Origin: Bacteroidetes bacterium GWF2_35_48
Lineage (GTDB): Bacteria > Bacteroidota > Bacteroidia > Bacteroidales > GWF2-35-48
Direction of reading: 5' to 3'
NCBI GenBank assembly: GCA_001769125.1
Contig: MEOG01000073.1
Location: 14,834 to 78,833 of the forward strand
Length of the DNA: 64,000 nt
Shown here: one piece after another, positions 27,365 to 35,497 of the stretch
Layout: each line of letters starts with the position of its first letter
How positions within the stretch are numbered: the first letter of the stretch is position 1
The notes under the pieces: model-generated
What the model was told of the DNA's origin: nothing
The model's input: only the letters and a program-made list of their open reading frames with translations
Databases searched by the model: none
Made by a program: the position numbers and the translations under genes

Positions 27365-28402
27365 ATGGATAAAGGCCGTCTTACCCTGCAATGGCATATC
27401 AACGAAGTATGCAATCAACATTGCGAACATTGCTACCAGAGCGAATTTGCACATCCCGGGTTTGAATTCGAAAAACTTGTAGAAATAATTCATGCTTATA
27501 AAAAACTCGTAACAGATTTTAATGAAAAATATAATAACCGTTTTTATAAAGGGCATATCAACATAACAGGTGGAGAGCCTTTGCTGCACCCTGATTTTTT
27601 TCGACTATTAGAATTTCTTTCTGCGTATAAAAAACATTTTACATTTGCGATACTTTCCAACGGCTCTCTCATTACTGATGAAGTCGCTGTGCGATTAAAA
27701 ATTGCTGCGCCTGAATTTATTCAACTCAGCATAGACGGGAATGAAAAAATGCACGACCGTATTCGTAGCAAAAACAATTTTAAAACAGTTGTGAATGCTA
27801 TAAAAATTCTTAATAAGCATAAAATTAAAACCTACATATCTTTTACTGCACATTCTGAGAATTACAAATGTTTTCCTGATGTTGCAAAAACAGGAAGAAA
27901 ATACAATGTAGCTAAGGTATGGGCAGACAGATTTGTTCCCTTCAACACAGCATCCGAATCTTTAAAAACATTGAATATTGATGAGAGTAATGATTTTTTC
28001 AGAATCATGAATTATGAAAAAAAGAAAAAGAATCTTTTTTCAAAAACCAAAATAGAAATGTCGCGAGCACTTATGTTTTTTGAAACAGGAGAAAAGCCCT
28101 ACCATTGCGCTGCGGGAGATACGCTGATTTGTATTCTACATGATGGAATCCTCTTCCCGTGCAGAAGACTCCCGATTAGCTGTGGAAATATTTTTGAGGA
28201 AAATTTATCTGAATTGTACTTTCATAATTCCTTCCTGAAAAAACTCAGAGATAAAAATCAAATTGCAGAAGAATGTGAAAAATGTTCATGGTATGTATTT
28301 TGCAAAGGCGGAGCAAAATGTATTAGTTATGCTTTAACAGGTAATGCTTTTAATGCCGATCCCGCATGCAAAATAGCAGCATTGTTTAAAACTGATGTTT
28401 AA
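27365..28402 (+). CDS. radical SAM / SPASM-domain protein
   Basis: CNQHCEHC (CxxxCxxC) near the N-terminus. C-terminal auxiliary-cluster cysteines CAAGDTLICILHDGILFPC...CEKCSWYVFCKGGAKC. The ATG at 27365 is preferred over the TTG at 27350. Confidence 0.85.
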   Translation: MDKGRLTLQWHINEVCNQHCEHCYQSEFAHPGFEFEKLVEIIHAYKKLVTDFNEKYNNRFYKGHINITGGEPLLHPDFFRLLEFLSAYKKHFTFAILSNGSLITDEVAVRLKIAAPEFIQLSIDGNEKMHDRIRSKNNFKTVVNAIKILNKHKIKTYISFTAHSENYKCFPDVAKTGRKYNVAKVWADRFVPFNTASESLKTLNIDESNDFFRIMNYEKKKKNLFSKTKIEMSRALMFFETGEKPYHCAAGDTLICILHDGILFPCRRLPISCGNIFEENLSELYFHNSFLKKLRDKNQIAEECEKCSWYVFCKGGAKCISYALTGNAFNADPACKIAALFKTDV

Positions 28403-28415
28403 TGACATGAAAGAT

Positions 28416-29975
28416 TTACTGTTCCTGCATGAAGAAGAATTCCATGAGTTCTATGATTTCTTCAAACTGGAATTTTGAGCGACCATCGAAGTAGCGGTCG
28501 AGTTCATTGTAGAATTCTTCCAGTGAAATAAAACCATCATTGTCGGCATCAACATGAATAAATCTTTGAGGAATATCATCTGCAAAAGATTCAAAGGATT
28601 TTGCTGAAGAAACAAGACTTGGATAGTATTTTTCAACAAAGTCATATTCCACTCCGAATTTAGCAGTATCGGCGGCCATTTCCAACATCATCGAGTCTGT
28701 ATAAGCATTCCCGTAAAGGTCAACTACCGTACCCGGAGTAGAATTGTATTCTTCTTTTTCGAGGTAGTCGGGAATACCATCGCCGTCGCAGTCTATCGGG
28801 CATCCAAATTTATCAACAGGTACGCCAAGCGGCGTTCCTATGCACTGATCATCGAAATCGGTTACACCATCTTTATCTTCATCTGCATAATAAATTTTAT
28901 CAAAATCAGAAATATTTGGATTATCAGCCAGAAATTTGTCGTAATTAACAATTTTTTCTTTACTGAAAATGTCCAAAAGGAATGTAACATAAGAGAATAT
29001 ATAAGTGTCTCCTCCCGATCTTCCCTGTCTGACGCCTTTTCCTTTAGACGTAAAATTATCAATATTGTCAGAAAAATTGTAATGGATGGAAGTGCCGAGT
29101 CTCATTGTTATTCTTTCATGTACATTCAGGTCAAATCCCACATGAAGAGGAACAGATATGGTTGTTTGCGAATATCTTCCTAATCCATCAAGATTCTGAT
29201 CGCGTAAATCTGTTTCATATTTATAATCGCGAACTAAAATAACACTGGTAGCTGCATTGGGTGCTGTTTCTGGTAAATTTCTGATTGTTCCGTCTGACCA
29301 ATAATTATAAATATTTCCGTTTTTGTCTTTAATATCTGCTTTTGAGTTAAAATTATTGGCTTCAATCCCAATAGAAATAAACGGGAGTACCTGATATTGT
29401 TTATTAAGGGCAAGCAGATAGCCTTCTTTTTTCAGAAAATGGCCGAAATTGTATGTAAGATTAGCGCTTCCGCAAAAAATATCTGTTTGAAAATTGTATC
29501 TCATATCTCCGGCAACCGTTTGTCCTGATAATTTTCCCATTATTGCAGAAAGACCAACGGAAAGAAATTCATCAAGATTTTTTGATACACCAAGTGTAAA
29601 ACCAACCCGCCCAATTACCGGGTGCGCCTTGGGAGTAGAAGATACTTCTCCATAAAACGACATAATTCCGGTTCCAACAATTATTATAGGTTTATATTCA
29701 AGATATTTTGTTTCTTCTTCCTCGTTGTAGAAATAGTTAAAACCGCTTGTATCGGTTGAAGGAATTATAGTTGTATCCGGGGAAATACTGGGGTTGTCTG
29801 AAGTATTAGGTGTAGTTGTAGTTGTATCTGGTGTCGGATTCGAGTCTGGAGTTATTGCTGGATTTGTCGAATTAGTATCGGGAGCAAATGCTGGAGAGAG
29901 GGAAGTATCCGGTTCCTGTGAATACGCCTTTCCCAAACAAAATAAAATAATCAGTAATGCGAAAAATAATCTCAT
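28416..29975 (-). CDS. secreted protein with Pro/Thr-rich linker, beta-barrel-like middle, thrombospondin type-3-like Ca-binding repeats and an EF-hand-like loop
   Basis: DEDKDGVTDFDDQC and DCDGDGIPDYLE (TSP3-like DxDxDGxxD), and DADNDGFISLEEF (EF-hand loop). Confidence 0.6.
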   Translation of the reverse strand: MRLFFALLIILFCLGKAYSQEPDTSLSPAFAPDTNSTNPAITPDSNPTPDTTTTTPNTSDNPSISPDTTIIPSTDTSGFNYFYNEEEETKYLEYKPIIIVGTGIMSFYGEVSSTPKAHPVIGRVGFTLGVSKNLDEFLSVGLSAIMGKLSGQTVAGDMRYNFQTDIFCGSANLTYNFGHFLKKEGYLLALNKQYQVLPFISIGIEANNFNSKADIKDKNGNIYNYWSDGTIRNLPETAPNAATSVILVRDYKYETDLRDQNLDGLGRYSQTTISVPLHVGFDLNVHERITMRLGTSIHYNFSDNIDNFTSKGKGVRQGRSGGDTYIFSYVTFLLDIFSKEKIVNYDKFLADNPNISDFDKIYYADEDKDGVTDFDDQCIGTPLGVPVDKFGCPIDCDGDGIPDYLEKEEYNSTPGTVVDLYGNAYTDSMMLEMAADTAKFGVEYDFVEKYYPSLVSSAKSFESFADDIPQRFIHVDADNDGFISLEEFYNELDRYFDGRSKFQFEEIIELMEFFFMQEQ

Positions 29976-30016
29976 CCGGTACGAAATAAATCGTAAAAAT
30001 AATATTTTTTTTTAAT

Positions 30017-31477
30017 TTATTTCATCCATTTTTGATTGGCTATCATCAGTGCTTCCTGAACAGTAATTCTGTTGCCATCATTATATGCTGAAACAAAGGC
30101 ATCGCTAATCGGAGTAGAATCCCAAATATAAACACGGTAATCCCGCGCAGATTTGTATTGAGGAAAAGCCCCGACCGTATATTTACGCCATCCTTCATGA
30201 TGTTCAAGTGAAATGCGGTCTTTAACTTTAAGCCTTCTGAAATAATAACTTGCATTTATTTGCTGATGTCCGGCTCCCACTTGAACTTTGTATACAACGC
30301 CTTTTTCGGGATTTGTAACGCGGTTGCCTTTGTTTAATTTATCTTGTTTCTTTTGCTCGGCCAACTCTTTTTGACGTTGTTTTTCCTCTTGTCTTTTTTC
30401 TTCTTTTAATTTTTGGGCTTCTTTCTTTTCTTCATCTTTTTTGCGCTGCGCCTCTTTTTTATCTTCATCTTTTTTCCGTTGCGCTTCCTTTTTCTCCTCC
30501 TGCTTTTTTAATTCTTCCTGTTTTTTCTGCTCTTTCGGGTCAAGTTTTTTATCTTCTTTCTTTATATCTTTGTTTGGGTCTTTGTTTTCTGCAACATCGC
30601 TTGAAGAACCTTCCTGTTTAACCGGAACATTATATGTTTTCTCAATATCCAGTAATGAAAAGGAGCCTTTAATATTTACGTCCCCGAGTGTTACGTATTT
30701 ATCTTCCGGTTTTAATTTATATGAAACAGAAAAATTACTTTCAGCCGGAAGGTTCATCCATAAAATTTTAACTTTTTTATCTTTAAATGTAAATATTCCG
30801 CCTTTGGTATCTATTGCTTCTGCAATATAGCCGGAGGGAATATCTTCATCTATTTTTGCATATTTATTTCCGAAATCCTGATCAACAGAAATATTAACAA
30901 TCAATGCATCCCCAGCTTCATTTTTATAAGGTTTTTGCCTTATGCAGGTAATATGCTTATCAGAAGGCAGCATAAATTCTACTCCTGTGTTATTTGTTTG
31001 GTCGGGTTGCTTATTATGTGTACTATCAGCTACAACACCACTACCCGCGGTAACATTAACAACTACTTCCTTGGCATCAACCGGAATACGCTGATTTTCT
31101 TTCAGGTAATTAAACTGTCCGCCAAGTTTTAATTTTCCTTTAAAAGACGGGTCTACATGAATGGTGTATTTTACCGTAATAACTTCGTCTGCAGGAAGTA
31201 AAAGCCACATCAAACGCAGTTTCTGGTATTGAAACTTAAAATCCGCATTAGAAAGTTGCGAATTATTATCTGTTACAGCAGTAACACCTTCGGGTAAATC
31301 CTGCTGAAAACGCGCAAGACCGGTTGCTTTTCCTTTATTAAAAACAATTTCAATAGTGAAATCTGTTCCTGCCTGTACGGTTTCAGGGGCTTTAATTTCA
31401 ACAGTAACATCGTTAGAGAAGAAATTAAAGATTAATAAACCCATCATGTTAAATAAAAGAACAAAATACTTTATCAT
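30017..31477 (-). CDS. secreted protein with Lys/Glu-rich repeats and a SPOR-like C-terminal domain
   Basis: KKEAQRKKDE repeated three times. The C-terminal VYKVQVGAG...KYTVGAFPQYKSARDYR...AFVSAYNDGNRITVQEA resembles SPOR domains (by eye). Confidence 0.55.
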   Translation of the reverse strand: MIKYFVLLFNMMGLLIFNFFSNDVTVEIKAPETVQAGTDFTIEIVFNKGKATGLARFQQDLPEGVTAVTDNNSQLSNADFKFQYQKLRLMWLLLPADEVITVKYTIHVDPSFKGKLKLGGQFNYLKENQRIPVDAKEVVVNVTAGSGVVADSTHNKQPDQTNNTGVEFMLPSDKHITCIRQKPYKNEAGDALIVNISVDQDFGNKYAKIDEDIPSGYIAEAIDTKGGIFTFKDKKVKILWMNLPAESNFSVSYKLKPEDKYVTLGDVNIKGSFSLLDIEKTYNVPVKQEGSSSDVAENKDPNKDIKKEDKKLDPKEQKKQEELKKQEEKKEAQRKKDEDKKEAQRKKDEEKKEAQKLKEEKRQEEKQRQKELAEQKKQDKLNKGNRVTNPEKGVVYKVQVGAGHQQINASYYFRRLKVKDRISLEHHEGWRKYTVGAFPQYKSARDYRVYIWDSTPISDAFVSAYNDGNRITVQEALMIANQKWMK

Positions 31478-31938
31478 ATTTTTTTCTGTTTAAAAATTCT
31501 GATTAAGGGCAAAAATATATATAAATTAATATAATAACAAGTTATTAACAGTAATTATAAACAAATTGTTGATAAAATACAGAAAAAAAACAAACGCAAA
31601 TATGTTAAATTACTGTTAATCAACTTATTGGAAATTATGGTGTATAATATATGTATTATTTGAAATATCGGTGGTCAATGTTAATAAGTTTAATTCGCTA
31701 AAAATCAATTATTTGTATTATTTTTTGTTTGTAGTGGAAAAATATTAGGGTAGAAAAATAATTTTTATACCTAAAAATCTGCTTTGAAAAGCATTGAATT
31801 TCATTGCTCATCCCTTATGGATTGCAAATATTCATGATGAATTATTTTTTGAAAGAAATGTTTACTTATAAGTTATTGATTAATATGTCTTTAATTTAAT
31901 TATTGCATGTGTTTTTTTATTTTTACAAAATTATTTTA

Positions 31939-31946
31939 TAAATTTG
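31939..31946 (+). promoter_or_regulatory. candidate Bacteroidetes -7 promoter box (TAnnTTTG)
   Basis: TAAATTTG lies 22 bp upstream of the ATG at 31969. No good -33 TTTG was seen. Confidence 0.3.
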
Positions 31947-31968
31947 CAGAAATTAATCTAAACATGCC

Positions 31969-32277
31969 ATGGAAGAATTCGAAAAGAAAGAAAAGGATGA
32001 AATTTTTTCTAAAGCTGTAAGGGCTGGGAAAAGGACGTATTTTTTTGATGTAAAATCTACAAAAAAAGGTGAGTATTACCTGACCATTACAGAGAGTAAA
32101 AAGAATTTTGACAGGGATGGTAATTACCACTACGAAAAGCACAAAATTTTCTTATACAAAGAAGATTTTGAAAAATTTGAAGAGGGACTCAATGAAGTTA
32201 TGAAGTACATTAGCGAAACGAATCCTGATATTCCATCAAATCCTCCTTTCGGAGATACAGATAAAGAAGAAAACTAA
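31969..32277 (+). CDS. DUF3276 / PUR-alpha-like nucleic-acid-binding protein
   Basis: EIFSKAVRAGKRTYFFDVKSTKKGEYYLTITESKK...KHKIFLYKEDFEKFEEGL is the typical Bacteroidetes DUF3276 pattern (from memory). Confidence 0.8.
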   Translation: MEEFEKKEKDEIFSKAVRAGKRTYFFDVKSTKKGEYYLTITESKKNFDRDGNYHYEKHKIFLYKEDFEKFEEGLNEVMKYISETNPDIPSNPPFGDTDKEEN

Positions 32278-32307
32278 AAAAAAGCCCATTTATTTGGGCT
32301 TTTTTTT
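32276..32307. terminator. bidirectional rho-independent terminator
   Basis: AAAAAAAGCCCA-TTTATT-TGGGCTTTTTTT lies between convergent genes. Confidence 0.8.
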
Positions 32308-32327
32308 ACAGTATCAATTCATTATTT

Positions 32328-33053
32328 TCATTTATTTTCTTCTTTCAATTGAAAAATTTCCTCCCAGGTTAATTTTTTGATATTAGTAACAATAAAATTT
32401 GTTTTTAAAAAATTTCCATACTCGTTGCATTCGTCTATAATGCTTCGGAACATAAGGTGAGCAGGTGTTTTTACCGGTATAAGGCAGGTTACAGAGCAGT
32501 AAATGTCATTAAAATCTACTTCTTCAATTTCAGCAGTGTATTCCGAAAATTTTATTTCTGTTTCAGTTTTCACAATTTTTTGGTGTGTTTCTGAAAACCC
32601 AATTTCATTGCTGCAAAATAAAACAACAAAAAAACGCAGACAGCTTCCTTTCCCTCCAAGCCCTGATGAAATAATAACATACGACTCATCTGTCAGCGAA
32701 TTTTCGATCAATGTTTTACTTTCGATAAATGCAAGTGCTGCCCAGTCTTTCATGCCGGGGTCGGGATTATTTTTGTATTTTTCTATAATCCTGAAAGATT
32801 CAATGTTTTCTTGGGATGCAAGGTTTACAAGAATATCTTTTTTGACTTCAATTGTTACATTTGGTTGAAATAGAAATTTAATGTTTTCAGATATTTCTGT
32901 TTTCTGTTTTTCTTCTCTGCATTTTTTTGATGATTCAAAGTATTCAAGTTGACTTTGAACATCCACCTGCTCTTCAAAAACAATGAAATTTTCAGGTAAC
33001 TGGCTGAAGAAATCTATTGCATCCTGATTGTTATATTCTATGGGTTGTTCCAT
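32328..33053 (-). CDS. hypothetical cytoplasmic protein
   Basis: 241-aa ORF with no recognisable motif. Confidence 0.45.
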   Translation of the reverse strand: MEQPIEYNNQDAIDFFSQLPENFIVFEEQVDVQSQLEYFESSKKCREEKQKTEISENIKFLFQPNVTIEVKKDILVNLASQENIESFRIIEKYKNNPDPGMKDWAALAFIESKTLIENSLTDESYVIISSGLGGKGSCLRFFVVLFCSNEIGFSETHQKIVKTETEIKFSEYTAEIEEVDFNDIYCSVTCLIPVKTPAHLMFRSIIDECNEYGNFLKTNFIVTNIKKLTWEEIFQLKEENK

Positions 33054-33093
33054 CTATTTGGGGGCTTTAACGATAGGATTATAATTTAATTTT

Positions 33094-33208
33094 GTTGCAG
33101 GTTGCAGGTTGCAGGTAGATTCGCTGATTGAGCCTGTCTCCCCTGCTTCCGTCGCAGTGGGCGAAGCCAGCTCCTGTCTGCTGCAACCTGCAACCTGCAA
33201 CCTGCAAC
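33094..33208. repeat. long inverted repeat made of heptamer arrays: (GTTGCAG)3 ... (CTGCAAC)4
   Basis: GTTGCAGGTTGCAGGTTGCAGG at 33094-33115 is complementary to CTGCAACCTGCAACCTGCAACCTGCAAC at 33181-33208. The ~65-nt GC-rich loop contains TTGAGCCTGTC. Confidence 0.85.
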
Positions 33209-33267
33209 ATCTTTCACCTTATACACCATAGACTATAATAACATCCTTTTTGTTGCATTGATAAATT

Positions 33268-35100
33268 TTATTGTTCTAAAAAATTCTCAAAAACCACTTG
33301 TATAAATGCTTTTCCTTTTTCTGAATCTTTTTCTGCTCCGGAGCCTGATTTTGTAATATAGCTTTTTGAAATGTGATCCCAGATAACTTTTGAACTATCT
33401 GTAAAAAATCCAAAGCCGTTGTTAAATGCGTAAAAAGAAAAAGATGGCGTGTTTTGTGTAAAAATATCTTTACTGTATTTGAATGAATCGCATTTTTCAT
33501 GAAGTTGCAAAAGTAGTGAATAAGCCAAATCTGTTTGTGATATATAGTTTGTGAAAACAGTATCTTTTTTATTTATTGCGCCACCGCAAATCAATAAAGG
33601 GATTCTGAAACTTTCCTCTGCAAAATGTCCTGAATTGCCCGGACGCAGGCTTCCATGATCTGCAACTAAAATTATAATTGTATTTTTCCACCAATTGGTT
33701 TTTTTTGCTTTTGCAATAAATGTCCCGAGTGCTTTGTCTGCGTAATAAACAGAGCTAAGATATTTGCTGTCATCGCCGCGGTTTGTAAAGTGATGCGGTT
33801 TCGGAATGTCAAAAGGATCGTGGCTGCTCAGCGTGAAAAATACTTTAAAAAATGGCTGTTTGGAAGATGCAATATCTTGAAATAATTTTTCAAAAACAAT
33901 ATGATCGTGTACGCCCCATTTTGCAGTATTCTCTTTTTTCTCAAAATCTGCTGATGATATTAATGTTTCAAATCCTGCTGTTAAAAGATACGATTTGATG
34001 TTTGCAAAATCGGGATTCCCTCCATAATAAAAAGAAGTGTGATACCCAAGTTGTTTCAGTTCTTTACTAAAAAAAGGTAGCTTTTGTGTTTTTCCGGGAT
34101 ATTGCATTACTGAAACGTTGGGCAGCGCAGGAAAACCACTGAGTAAAGCGGCAATTCCTTTGTCAGACCTGTCCCCGTTTGCAAAACAATTGCGGAACAA
34201 AATTCCTTCTTTAGCAAGCGCGTTGAAATTGGGAGTAATGCTGTCAAGTCCGCCTAAGGGTTTTATTACTTTTGCAGTAAAACTTTCAAGAATAATAAAA
34301 ACAATATTTGGTTTTTCGGTTGTAAAGATATTTGTTGTGCTGTCATTTTTTTGACACATTTTTGCGACAATTTTTTCTGCATCTTTATTTTTAAAAAACA
34401 GGTAATCATTTTTGATATTTTTTTGCTCAATTAAAGATTGTCCCACATTCCAGAAAAGATTTATGGTAGCATGATTTGTAAACATATTTTTACTGTGATA
34501 CGCCGCACTGATGTTAATCGGAACAATGCTCAGCCCTCCGCGCATCTGAATAAAACTCAATGCCGTTAATGCAAGAAAAAGCAGGGAAGCAGACCAATTT
34601 GTTTTTTGCAGATTTTTGATTTGTTTTCCTATAAGTTTTCTATATGAAAAATAACTAAGAGCAAACAGCACTGAACCTAAAATTATCTGACGAAGAATTG
34701 TAGTCCATGTAACCGATGCAAATGCCTCTCCCGGATTTCCGAGAAAGCGCAGAGGTGTACTATCCATGCGGAATTTCCAATGCGAATACAGTTCAAGATC
34801 GCTTATCAGCAATAAAATATTAATAAATAAAATCAGGATTACATAAACATTCATTATGTGATACAGAAATTTTGAATGTGTGTATGTTAAAAATGCAATG
34901 ATTAAACCTGTGAAAAGCATGAAGTAACCTGCGCTTGCGAAGTCAATTCTGAAACCGTAAACAAAAATTTTTATCCAGTCTGTGCCCGATTGCGCAAAAG
35001 CTTCCTGAAAATTGAAAAAAAGAAACAGAAGTTTGGACAACCAAAAAAAGCACAACCAGAAAAGAAGCAAAGAGAAATATATTTTTAAACGTGATTTCAT
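33268..35100 (-). CDS. LTA-synthase-family / sulfatase-domain membrane protein (phosphoglycerol- or phosphoethanolamine-transferase-like)
   Basis: 610 aa. About 5 N-terminal TMs, then an alkaline-phosphatase-superfamily domain (IILESFTA, LLSGFP, VADHGS). Confidence 0.8.
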   Translation of the reverse strand: MKSRLKIYFSLLLFWLCFFWLSKLLFLFFNFQEAFAQSGTDWIKIFVYGFRIDFASAGYFMLFTGLIIAFLTYTHSKFLYHIMNVYVILILFINILLLISDLELYSHWKFRMDSTPLRFLGNPGEAFASVTWTTILRQIILGSVLFALSYFSYRKLIGKQIKNLQKTNWSASLLFLALTALSFIQMRGGLSIVPINISAAYHSKNMFTNHATINLFWNVGQSLIEQKNIKNDYLFFKNKDAEKIVAKMCQKNDSTTNIFTTEKPNIVFIILESFTAKVIKPLGGLDSITPNFNALAKEGILFRNCFANGDRSDKGIAALLSGFPALPNVSVMQYPGKTQKLPFFSKELKQLGYHTSFYYGGNPDFANIKSYLLTAGFETLISSADFEKKENTAKWGVHDHIVFEKLFQDIASSKQPFFKVFFTLSSHDPFDIPKPHHFTNRGDDSKYLSSVYYADKALGTFIAKAKKTNWWKNTIIILVADHGSLRPGNSGHFAEESFRIPLLICGGAINKKDTVFTNYISQTDLAYSLLLQLHEKCDSFKYSKDIFTQNTPSFSFYAFNNGFGFFTDSSKVIWDHISKSYITKSGSGAEKDSEKGKAFIQVVFENFLEQ

Positions 35101-35208
35101 GTGTTTGCAAATATCAGAAAAAATATTGTCTGAAAATGGTTATTAATGAATAAAGAATGTATCTTTGATATAATTTAACTTATTATGCAAAATGTTTTGT
35201 TAAATCAT

Positions 35209-35446
35209 CGAAAGTCGGCAGTCGAAAGAGTCGGCAGTTGGCAGTTGGCAGTCTACAGTCTACAGTCGGCAGTCGGTATTTGGCAGTTGGCAGTCGGCAT
35301 TCAGCAGTCAAAGAGTCGGCAGTCGAAAGAGTCGGCAGTTGGCAGTTGGCAGTCTACAGTCGGCAGTCGGCAGTCGGTAGTTGGCAGTTGGCAGTCGGCA
35401 GTCGGCAGTCAAAGAGTCGGCAGACTGAGGACTGAGGACTGAGGAC
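35209..35446. repeat. 238-bp array of GGCAGTC/GGCAGTT heptamers with a ~101-bp higher-order repeat, ending in (ACTGAGG)3
   Basis: CGAAAGAGTCGGCAGTTGGCAGTTGGCAGTCTACAGTC occurs at 35223 and 35324. GCAGTCAAAGAGTCGGCAG occurs at 35304 and 35405. The array lies in the divergent promoter region between 35100 (-) and 35498 (+). Confidence 0.9.
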
Positions 35447-35497
35447 ATCAACAACATTTTACACAAATAGAACAACATTAATATATAAATTTGATTT

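Noticed and set aside
35185-35442. ORFs 35185-35442 and 35238-35435 (SAVGSWQLAVGS... peptides)
   Set aside because: These are a translation artefact of the GGCAGTC heptamer array. They are low-complexity and have no start context.
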